Origin: Clostridia bacterium
Lineage (GTDB): Bacteria; Bacillota; Clostridia; Oscillospirales; Acutalibacteraceae
Assembly: GCA_017516745.1 (NCBI GenBank)
Contig: JAFXBF010000007.1
Location: 46,079-110,078, forward strand
Length of the DNA: 64,000 bases
Direction: 5' to 3'
Both the position numbers and the translations under genes were made by a program. How positions within the stretch are numbered: position 1 is the first letter of the stretch; the number at the start of each line of letters is the position of its first letter. Shown one piece after another: positions 45,595 through 52,587 of this stretch. Under the pieces are notes generated by a model. It was not told where the DNA came from, ran no database searches, and was given only the letters and a program-made list of their open reading frames with translations.

Positions 45595-46458
45595 ATGGAT
45601 AAAAAGGCATTTGTAAAATATTTGTCAGCATTATTGTTATTCGGTCTAAATGGAATTGTGGCAAGTAATATATCGTTAAGTAGTTATGAAATTGTGTTTT
45701 TAAGAACACTAATCGGTAGTGTTCTTTTGGTCGTATTGTTTTTAATTGGTAAAGGAAAGTTTCATATAAAGGAACACAAAAAAGATACGGTTTTCATTGC
45801 TTTGTCAGGTATTGCAATGGGTACAAGTTGGATGTTTTTGTACGAAGCATATCAACAAATCGGTGTAAGTTTAGCATCGTTGATATATTATTGTGGTCCT
45901 GTTATTGTGATGATTTTATCGCCGTTGATTTTCAAGGAAAAGTTAACCTTTCCCAAAATAATAGGGTTTGCAACGGTTCTTGTTGGCGTTGTGCTTGTGA
46001 ATGGTAATGTTTCTAACGGCAACGGAAATAATTGGGGGTTGCTCTGCGGTGGCATGTCGGCTGTTATGTATTGCTTTATGGTTACACTCAACAAGCAATC
46101 GAAAAGCATTACAGGAATGGAAAATTCGGTAATTCAACTTTTTGTCAGTTTCTTAACTGTTGCCATATTTGTCGGTATAAAACAAGGTTTTGTTATAGAT
46201 GTGCCGACAAATGATTGGGCATGGATTACTATTCTTGGCATTTTAAACACGGGTATCGGTTGTTATCTGTATTTTTCGCCACTTTCTAAATTGCCCGTAC
46301 AAACAGTAGCGGTATGCGGTTATCTTGAACCGCTTTCGGCAGTTGTTTTCGCTACCGTCTTGCTTGATGAAAAAATGACTGTAATTCAAATTGTTGGTGC
46401 AGTATGCATTATCGGTGGTGCAATGATTGGTGAATTAGTAAAAACAAAAAATAGATAA
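45595..46458 (+). CDS. EamA/DMT-family transporter
   Basis: 287 aa with ten hydrophobic segments arranged as two EamA-like halves. Confidence 0.82.
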   Translation: MDKKAFVKYLSALLLFGLNGIVASNISLSSYEIVFLRTLIGSVLLVVLFLIGKGKFHIKEHKKDTVFIALSGIAMGTSWMFLYEAYQQIGVSLASLIYYCGPVIVMILSPLIFKEKLTFPKIIGFATVLVGVVLVNGNVSNGNGNNWGLLCGGMSAVMYCFMVTLNKQSKSITGMENSVIQLFVSFLTVAIFVGIKQGFVIDVPTNDWAWITILGILNTGIGCYLYFSPLSKLPVQTVAVCGYLEPLSAVVFATVLLDEKMTVIQIVGAVCIIGGAMIGELVKTKNR

Positions 46459-46534
46459 ATTCCAATCTGTCGAACTGTAGAAACCGAGTTATTAAGAACA
46501 CCCCGACTCATTAAATGTCCTCAAAATCATTTTT

Positions 46535-46574
46535 AAGTCCCTTTTCTTCTAATAGAAAAGGGACTTGTTTTTTT
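46535..46574 (+). terminator. Strong intrinsic terminator after the EamA gene
   Basis: 11-bp stem AAGTCCCTTTT / AAAAGGGACTT followed by GTTTTTTT. Confidence 0.85.
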
Positions 46575-46599
46575 ATATAGCTTATTGGTATTCTATTAT

Positions 46600-46628
46600 T
46601 ATAGATTTATATAGTATTAAAAACATCA
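46600..46628 (+). repeat. Right copy of the ~30-nt direct repeat
   Basis: See 44615-44646. Confidence 0.5.
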
Positions 46629-46713
46629 TATATCACTATTATTCGCTGCTTGTTCTACTTGTTGGAACAGGCAGCTTTTTTTATTTCTAAAAATTTTTTT
46701 AAAAAAGTTTCGG

Positions 46714-46780
46714 AAAAATCACCCCAATTTACCCTCTCCCAGTGCAAACATAATGAAGGGTATTTTTCAAAAGCCTTTCA
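46714..46780 (+). repeat. 67-nt direct repeat, copy 1 (promoter/5'-UTR-like)
   Basis: AAAAATCACCCCAATTTACCCTCTCCCAGTGCAAACATAATGAAGGGTATTTTTCAAAAGCCTTTCA. Copy 2 at 47083-47150 differs by 3 substitutions and 1 extra T. Both copies are preceded by A/T homopolymer runs. Confidence 0.7.
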
Positions 46781-46804
46781 AATCAAAATGAAAGGAGTAA
46801 TACA

Positions 46805-47047
46805 ATGCGTAGCTCAAAAGAAGCTGGATGTTTCCCGTACAGGAGTAAACAGTACATATGTTTTATGGAACTTACTCCCAACGGTGAATTAACTCAGTTA
46901 TTTACTCGTCAGCAAAGACTTGATGCGTGTATGAACGCCAAAGCGGGCAAAAGCAAAATCGTTGCTGTTTGGCCCGGTCAGTACAGAAGTGACCTGTTCA
47001 TAATTGATGACCTCGATACCTTTTATACCGAGCAATATGTACGCTGA
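46805..47047 (+). CDS. Hypothetical 80-aa protein
   Basis: SD AAAGGAG lies 8 nt before ATG 46805. I recognise no family. Confidence 0.5.
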   Translation: MRSSKEAGCFPYRSKQYICFMELTPNGELTQLFTRQQRLDACMNAKAGKSKIVAVWPGQYRSDLFIIDDLDTFYTEQYVR

Positions 47048-47082
47048 AAAAAATTTTTTAAAAAAATAAAAAATTTTTTCAA

Positions 47083-47150
47083 AAAAATCACCCCAATTTG
47101 CCCCTTCCCAGTGCAAACATAATGAAGGGTATTTTTTCAAAAGCCTTTCA
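47083..47150 (+). repeat. 67-nt direct repeat, copy 2
   Basis: See 46714-46780. Confidence 0.7.
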
Positions 47151-47169
47151 CGAACATTGAAAAGTGAAT

Positions 47170-47560
47170 AAGTCACTCACATAGGACTTTATTTCTGATG
47201 AGTAGCTACGGTAGCAGGTACGCCTTGATTTCCGAAAGCGGAAAGAGCGATAACCCCTGCACGATTATCGGATTGCAACCGATATGGCGATGACAGTCAG
47301 AATGATAATGATACTTCTCTACGGAGCTGGCGGAGAACCCGGCAGAGGTGAGATTCCTATGATACGGTTTAGCAAACTGTAACCTATGTGTTTCCCATAA
47401 AGCAAAAGCTATGCAGGGGTGTCGAGGACAAATACTGCATTTAACATAAGACCGATTCGCCAAGAACGGGTTTCGGTCTATTACATAGCCGTTCAATTAA
47501 CATTGTCGGCTATCTTCAAAATGAAAGGAGAGATGGGAATGTATATTCTCGATGGACTTT
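47170..47560 (+). other. ~390-nt non-coding region with candidate secondary structure (RNA, ssDNA promoter, sso or oriT)
   Basis: No convincing ORF on either strand. Complementary segments include TTCCG/CGGAA (47230-47243), ATCGG/CCGAT (47267-47283), AGACCGA/TCGGTCT (47449-47479) and a long-range ACCCCTGCA/TGCAGGGGT pair (47253-47261 / 47412-47420). Confidence 0.35.
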
Positions 47561-47612
47561 AGTAAAGAATAAAGTCACCCAAAACAAAGTTTTGTAAGAA
47601 GGAGGAAAAGTA

Positions 47613-47702
47613 ATGATTCACGCTTTGCTTGTACTGCCCGGTCTTTACGGTGCAGTAATTCTTCAGACAATCAGCGAAATCGTTTCTCGCTTTGGCTTCT
47701 AA
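47613..47702 (+). CDS. Candidate 29-aa hydrophobic peptide MIHALLVLPGLYGAVILQTISEIVSRFGF
   Basis: A strong SD (AAGGAGG, 47598-47604) precedes ATG 47613. The stop lies 6 nt before the parB-like start. It falls below the ORF-track length cutoff. Confidence 0.35.
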   Translation: MIHALLVLPGLYGAVILQTISEIVSRFGF

Positions 47703-47708
47703 TTTAAG

Positions 47709-48590
47709 ATGAACATACAGAGCGAGGAAAAAGTAGTCCAAATCCCAATCAGCCAAATTCGAGATTTCCCCGAACATCCGTACAAGGTCAAAGACGATGA
47801 GAGCATGAATGAACTTGTTGACAGCATTATGCAGAGAGGCCTAATACAGCCGGTCATCATAAGACCAACGGAGGACGGGAACTACGAAATGGTATCGGGA
47901 CACAGACGAAAACGAGCCTTTGAAATTGCGGGGATAAAAAACATCCCCGCAAGAGTAAAAGAAATGACGAAGGACGAAGCAATATTAGCAATGGTTGATT
48001 CAAACCTTCAAAGAGAGGTTATCCTACCCAGCGAAAAGGCATTCGCATACAAGATGAGGTTGGAGGCTATGAAGCGACAAGCAGGCAGACCTGCAAAAGA
48101 TAATTCGGACCCGACGGGACCGAATTTAATCGGAACACGCTCTAACACTGAATTGGCACAAGAGGTTAATGAAAGTGAAACACAAATAAAGAGGTATATC
48201 CGATTAACCAACCTTATCCCCGAACTGCTTGAACTTGTTGATGAGGGCAGAATTGCAATGCGACCTGCGGTAGAAATATCCTACTTACCCGAAGAAGCAC
48301 AAATGCAGTTGTATGAAACCATTGACTACAATGACGCAACACCTTCGCACTATCAGGCTATCCGATTGAGAAACTTTCATCGTGATGGCAAATTAACACC
48401 AGAGGTTATTGAAGCGATAATGTCAGAGGAAAAACCGAACCAAAAAGAAAAATCCCCGTTTCGGGACAAACGTATAGTCGGAGTAATTCCCAAGCACATA
48501 CCGCAAGAAAGACATTGCGAATATGTTATTAAAGCAATAGACTACTATAACCGCCATTTAGAAAAAGTAAGGAATAACCGTTCACGGTAA
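47709..48590 (+). CDS. ParB/Srx N-terminal domain protein (ParB-like)
   Basis: IPISQIRDFPEHPYKV, ...LVDSIMQRGLIQPVIIRP....YEMVSGHRRKRA (GxxRxxA box). Confidence 0.88.
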   Translation: MNIQSEEKVVQIPISQIRDFPEHPYKVKDDESMNELVDSIMQRGLIQPVIIRPTEDGNYEMVSGHRRKRAFEIAGIKNIPARVKEMTKDEAILAMVDSNLQREVILPSEKAFAYKMRLEAMKRQAGRPAKDNSDPTGPNLIGTRSNTELAQEVNESETQIKRYIRLTNLIPELLELVDEGRIAMRPAVEISYLPEEAQMQLYETIDYNDATPSHYQAIRLRNFHRDGKLTPEVIEAIMSEEKPNQKEKSPFRDKRIVGVIPKHIPQERHCEYVIKAIDYYNRHLEKVRNNRSR

Positions 48591-48608
48591 TTCCTTACTT
48601 TATTTTTT
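48565..48608 (+). terminator. Intrinsic terminator overlapping the parB-like stop codon
   Basis: 11-bp stem AAGTAAGGAAT / ATTCCTTACTT followed by TATTTTTTAT. Confidence 0.72.
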
Positions 48609-48635
48609 ATCCAAAAAAGAAAGGAAATAAAAATT

Positions 48636-48908
48636 ATGGTAATCAAAACAACCATTAAAAAGATGTTCAACAACGACAAGTCGCTTAAGGCTTTTGCCGA
48701 TGTTGAGATTGACGGCTCCATTGTAATCCACAGTGTTGCCGTTATGGAAACCGAAAAGGGCAGACACATTTCTATGCCCTACACCAAGTGGAAGAACAAG
48801 GACGGCGAAGAAAAACAGCACGACGTTGTTCATCCCATCACTTCATATGCAAGAAGACAGATTGAAGAATCCGTACTCGCTGCGTATGACAGCCACATCA
48901 AAGAATAA
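48636..48908 (+). CDS. SpoVG-family nucleic-acid-binding protein
   Basis: 90 aa. LKAFADVEIDGSIVIHSVAVMETEKGRHISMPYTKWKNKDGEEKQHDVVHPITSYARRQIEESVL parallels the SpoVG core (..A.A.I.....F.VH.I.V.....G.FV.MP........D...P.....R..I...). Confidence 0.78.
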   Translation: MVIKTTIKKMFNNDKSLKAFADVEIDGSIVIHSVAVMETEKGRHISMPYTKWKNKDGEEKQHDVVHPITSYARRQIEESVLAAYDSHIKE

Positions 48909-48934
48909 TTAAAAGAAAGTTGAGGTAAAAATTT

Positions 48935-49201
48935 ATGTTTAACAAAATTAAGTCAGGTATCAGCAAGGTATGCTCAAAGGTTAAGTCAGCGTTCACATCC
49001 GCAGAAGCTGCGGTAACAGCAAAGGCTCACGAAGTTCTCGACGGCACGGTTGCCGAAGCTTACGTCGATACAGGTGTCAAAATCCTTATCGCCGTTGTAA
49101 TCGGTGCCCTTCTTCTCGGCGGTCTTTACACGCTCTTCAACACAACCATTATGCCCACAGTCACAAGCAAAATCACAGAACTCTTTAACTACAAGGGTTA
49201 A
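48935..49201 (+). CDS. flp: Flp/Fap-type (type IVc) prepilin, copy 1
   Basis: 88 aa: a leader of about 37 aa, then G/TVAEAY and the hydrophobic helix VKILIAVVIGALLLGGLY, matching the Flp G/XXXXEY processing motif. Confidence 0.72.
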   Translation: MFNKIKSGISKVCSKVKSAFTSAEAAVTAKAHEVLDGTVAEAYVDTGVKILIAVVIGALLLGGLYTLFNTTIMPTVTSKITELFNYKG

Positions 49202-49220
49202 GAAACAGGAGGTGAAAAAT

Positions 49221-49487
49221 ATGTTTAACAGAATCAAGTCAGGTGTCAGCAAGGTATGCTCAAAGGTTAAGTCGGCGTTCACATCCGCAGAAGCGGCAGT
49301 AACAGCAAAGGCTCACGAAGTTCTCGACGGCACAGTTGCCGAAGCTTATGTCGATACAGGTGTCAAAATCCTTATCGCCGTTGTAATCGGTGCCCTTCTT
49401 CTCGCAGGTCTTTACACGCTCTTCAACTCAACCATTATGCCCACAGTCACAACCAAGATTGAGGGACTCTTTAACTACAAGGGTTAA
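49221..49487 (+). CDS. flp: Flp/Fap-type prepilin, copy 2 (tandem paralog)
   Basis: My manual alignment finds 18 nucleotide and 8 amino-acid differences from copy 1. SD AGGAGG lies 8 nt upstream. Confidence 0.72.
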   Translation: MFNRIKSGVSKVCSKVKSAFTSAEAAVTAKAHEVLDGTVAEAYVDTGVKILIAVVIGALLLAGLYTLFNSTIMPTVTTKIEGLFNYKG

Positions 49488-49497
49488 AAAGCAAACG

Positions 49498-49535
49498 GCA
49501 GGGCAGTTTTTATGCTGCCCTGCTTAACTCTTTTA
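49498..49535 (+). terminator. Hairpin/terminator after the pilin genes
   Basis: 9-bp stem GCAGGGCAG / CTGCCCTGC followed by TTAACTCTTTT. Confidence 0.6.
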
Positions 49536-49548
49536 AGGACTGATTAAA

Positions 49549-50217
49549 ATGCTTAATACTTTAATAATCAAACCCGTAAATCCTATAGGACACGGACTCA
49601 CTCACGTCTTTGATTTTAAAATATTCACTAATATTCTGTTGTCAAGTATGCTATGTGTCCTTGTGTTTCTTCTTGTGAAACTCATAATCAAGAAAACACC
49701 GCAACAGGAAATGGAAGAAAAGGATACTTCTCTTTGCTATCTTGTATCAGCAGTTGTATTTGTATTGTTATTTATCGTTTTCGGTTGGTCAGTACAACTC
49801 GTTAAGGGTGCAGTGTTCTTCTTTATACTGCTCTATGCCTCCCTATGCGATATTCAGACACGCAGAGTTAAAGATGTTGTTTCGGTGATGATATTCATTT
49901 CCGGTTTTATCTCATTATCTCTGTTGGAAATACTCACTCACACTATCGGTGCATTTCTTGTGGGCGGTATTATGTTTGTCTGTGCTTTGTTTTCTAAAAA
50001 CAGGCTCGGCGGTGCAGATGTCAAGATAACTGCAGCCAGCGTTTTTGTTCTCGGTATGTGGAACGGTATAGCAGGTCTTGTTATCGGTCTTATTCTATCC
50101 GTTATCGTTACACCCATTATCAACCGAAAGAAGAAACTCAAAGAAATGAGCCTCCCTCTTGTCCCCTATCTTTCAATAGGATTTATGGCAATGTATTTAA
50201 TCCAAGGAGGAATTTAA
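49549..50217 (+). CDS. tadV: A24-family prepilin peptidase (TadV/CpaA-like, no methyltransferase domain)
   Basis: 222 aa, polytopic, with two Asp motifs (LCDIQTRRV and GGADVK). Confidence 0.85.
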   Translation: MLNTLIIKPVNPIGHGLTHVFDFKIFTNILLSSMLCVLVFLLVKLIIKKTPQQEMEEKDTSLCYLVSAVVFVLLFIVFGWSVQLVKGAVFFFILLYASLCDIQTRRVKDVVSVMIFISGFISLSLLEILTHTIGAFLVGGIMFVCALFSKNRLGGADVKITAASVFVLGMWNGIAGLVIGLILSVIVTPIINRKKKLKEMSLPLVPYLSIGFMAMYLIQGGI

Positions 50218-50221
50218 CCCA

Positions 50222-50962
50222 ATGAAGAACAGAACAGCCATCGGTATTGTCTGTATCATTCTTGCGGTTGCGGTAACATTCGTTGTTTCACCGTTTGTCA
50301 ATAAGATTTCGGAACAGAAGGTTGAAGTTTTCCGATTCACAAAAGACATCTCGCAGGGTACACAGATAACCGATGCAGATTTTGAAATTGCAGAAATTCT
50401 CAAAGCGAATGTTCCTGCAAATGCCATTACCGAAAAAGACAAGGTAATAGGCAAATACGCAAGTACCGATATTCTCATCGGTGACTATGCAACATCGGCA
50501 AGGCTCACGGCTGATGCAAATTCAGCCTCACATATCCTCGGCTCACTTAACGGAGATAAGGTCGCAATGAGTATAACTATCAACTCTTTTGCAGGCGGTC
50601 TTTCGGGTAAGCTTGAAAACGGAGATATTGTCAGCATTTATGTTACCGATAAAAACGGCGAAACAACCGTTCCCGGTGAACTGAAATATGTAAAGGTTAT
50701 CACTACCACCACAGCAGGCGGTATTGATGAAGCAGAGGTTGTCCCCAATGAGGACGGCAGTTTTGAGCTTCCCACAACAATTACTGTTCTCGTTTCGGTA
50801 AAGCAGGCTTCAATCCTTGCCAACTACGAAGAAAACGCTTCAATGCACGTTGCCCTTGTTTACAGAGGTGACGATGCAAAGGCACAGCAGTTCCTTGATG
50901 CGGAAGATAAGTTCCTTGCAACGGCAAAACCCGCTAACGGAGGTGACTCCACAAATGGCTAA
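50222..50962 (+). CDS. cpaB: CpaB/RcpC-like Flp pilus assembly protein (SAF domain)
   Basis: An N-terminal TM anchor is followed by a SAF-like segment (VEVFRFTKDISQGTQITDADF). Confidence 0.78.
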   Translation: MKNRTAIGIVCIILAVAVTFVVSPFVNKISEQKVEVFRFTKDISQGTQITDADFEIAEILKANVPANAITEKDKVIGKYASTDILIGDYATSARLTADANSASHILGSLNGDKVAMSITINSFAGGLSGKLENGDIVSIYVTDKNGETTVPGELKYVKVITTTTAGGIDEAEVVPNEDGSFELPTTITVLVSVKQASILANYEENASMHVALVYRGDDAKAQQFLDAEDKFLATAKPANGGDSTNG

Positions 50963-51680
50963 AATCATAGCGGTTTGCGGCTCACCCAACGGCGGAAAAA
51001 CAACTGTTGCTTTTAAACTCGCACAGGAAATGTATTGCAATACGGACACAGGTGGTGTCATCTTTCTTTCACCCTCTATGACAGTTCCCGCACTCGGACT
51101 CCTTTTTCCCAACTATACTCCCGACAGTCTTTTCTCTCTCGGCGGGGTATTGGATAACACGGACATATCACAGGAGAGTATTCTTGCTCACCTTGTCACG
51201 GTAAAGGATATGCCGAATTTCGGCTGTCTTGGATATAAGTCGGATGAAAACAAACACAGCTACGCAAAATTAACGGACGATAAAGTAAATGCTTTTTTCA
51301 ATGTTCTGTCAGAAATGGCAGGATATGTGTTCGTTGAATGTACGGAAAATGACGATGATCTCATATCGAGAAAAGCCATCAACTGTGCAGATTCGGTTGT
51401 ACTTGTTCTTTCACCCGATTTGAAAGGTATGACCTATTACACCGCAAACAAAGGACTTTTCGGCAGTGATGATGACAGAAGTTTTAAGGTTATAAACTCA
51501 ACCGACAATGACCTCTTTCTGCCGATTGAAGATGTGAAAGCACATCTTAAAAATGTGTCCTGCACCTTACCTTATTCCAGACAGGTAAGACAGCAGCTTC
51601 TTGACGGTCAGTTATATATGAGAGTTAACGACAAGAAGTACCGCAAAGAACTCTCAAATCTCATCTATAAAATAATGTAA
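50955..51680 (+). CDS. tadZ: TadZ/CpaE-like ParA/MinD-family ATPase
   Basis: MAKIIAVCGSPNGGKTTVAFKLA shows a deviant Walker A. The start overlaps the cpaB stop by 8 nt. Confidence 0.68.
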   Translation: MAKIIAVCGSPNGGKTTVAFKLAQEMYCNTDTGGVIFLSPSMTVPALGLLFPNYTPDSLFSLGGVLDNTDISQESILAHLVTVKDMPNFGCLGYKSDENKHSYAKLTDDKVNAFFNVLSEMAGYVFVECTENDDDLISRKAINCADSVVLVLSPDLKGMTYYTANKGLFGSDDDRSFKVINSTDNDLFLPIEDVKAHLKNVSCTLPYSRQVRQQLLDGQLYMRVNDKKYRKELSNLIYKIM

Positions 51681-51702
51681 TAAAGAAAGGAATTAAAATC
51701 TT

Positions 51703-52584
51703 ATGAAAAAATTTATTTGTATTCTCACAGCACTCTCAATCCTTGTATGCTTCGGTGCAGTAACCGCCTATGCCGCAGAAACAACCGAAACACCTGCAAC
51801 CGACAGCACGGACACAACACTTCCCGAAAGCACAACCACAGACAATGCAGACGGCGAAGATACAACCGATGTCAGCAACCCCTCAACAGAAGATACCACA
51901 ACCGACAGTTCTGACGATGTAACAACTGACGGCTCTGACGATACAACAAACGAGGATAACTCTGACACAACAGAAACTCCCGAAAACGGTGATACAACCG
52001 ATACACCCGCTGACGGTGATGAAACAACTGACAACACCGAAACACCCGATGACAGTACAACAGATGACGGTAACACCGATGAGGAAGCAACTCCCGGTGA
52101 TGCAACAACCGATGACGGTGCAAACGGCGAAGGTACTACAGATGAAAACACCGAAAACAATGACAATCCCGATGAAGATAATGCCGATAACAATGAAACA
52201 CCTACTGATACTCCCGATGAAGATACCACAGACGGTGACGGCGTCGGCGATGCAGGTACAATCATTGAAGGTGATGACACTGATAATGATAACAGCAATA
52301 ACGGCACACCTAACCCCGGTGATGAGGTTATCACAATTCCCGATGACCTTAACAACCTTATAGGCGGTATTCTCGGCGGTCTTGTAAACGGTGAACTTGA
52401 CGGCGATAACAACGGCAATAACAATACTGCTCCCGATGGCTACAACAACCCTGAAATTCCCGACACAGGTGCCGAGTCAGCAGTTCCCGCTATTGCTACA
52501 CTTATCACTTCTGCGGCAACCGCAGTAGGAAGTATCCTTTTCAAGAAAAAGAAAGACGGCACACTTTTTTCAAAGGGAGAATAA
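51703..52584 (+). CDS. Extremely acidic Thr/Asp/Glu/Asn-rich secreted protein with a sortase-type sorting signal
   Basis: It has a signal peptide (MKKFICILTALSILVCFGAVTAYA), about 220 aa of low-complexity acidic sequence, and a C-terminal IPDTG motif with a hydrophobic stretch and a KKKKD tail. Confidence 0.7.
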   Translation: MKKFICILTALSILVCFGAVTAYAAETTETPATDSTDTTLPESTTTDNADGEDTTDVSNPSTEDTTTDSSDDVTTDGSDDTTNEDNSDTTETPENGDTTDTPADGDETTDNTETPDDSTTDDGNTDEEATPGDATTDDGANGEGTTDENTENNDNPDEDNADNNETPTDTPDEDTTDGDGVGDAGTIIEGDDTDNDNSNNGTPNPGDEVITIPDDLNNLIGGILGGLVNGELDGDNNGNNNTAPDGYNNPEIPDTGAESAVPAIATLITSAATAVGSILFKKKKDGTLFSKGE

Positions 52585-52587
52585 GAG

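Noticed and set aside
46650-46892. 80-aa ORF overlapping 67-nt repeat copy 1 and the start of the 46805 ORF.
   Set aside because: It starts inside the A/T homopolymer region, has no SD and is out of frame with the better-supported ORF at 46805-47047.
47195-47250. A CTGATGAG string suggested a hammerhead ribozyme.
   Set aside because: I could not assemble the remaining conserved core (a GAAA junction with three properly placed helices and a cleavage-site triplet). It is probably a chance match.
47206-47496. 96-aa minus-strand ORF in the non-coding region.
   Set aside because: It has no SD, a Cys/His/Arg-rich unusual composition, runs opposite to every other gene in the island and matches no motif.
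44323-47700. I expected an integrase gene next to the tRNA.
   Set aside because: No tyrosine or serine recombinase motif is found in any frame here. The integrase, if there is one, must lie beyond 64000, so mobility remains unproven.
51768-52424. 218-aa minus-strand Ser/Val/Pro-rich ORF and the alternate-frame ORFs across the acidic protein gene.
   Set aside because: They are mirror artefacts of low-complexity ACx/GAx-rich coding sequence. The plus-strand frame has a signal peptide, a sorting signal and operon coupling.
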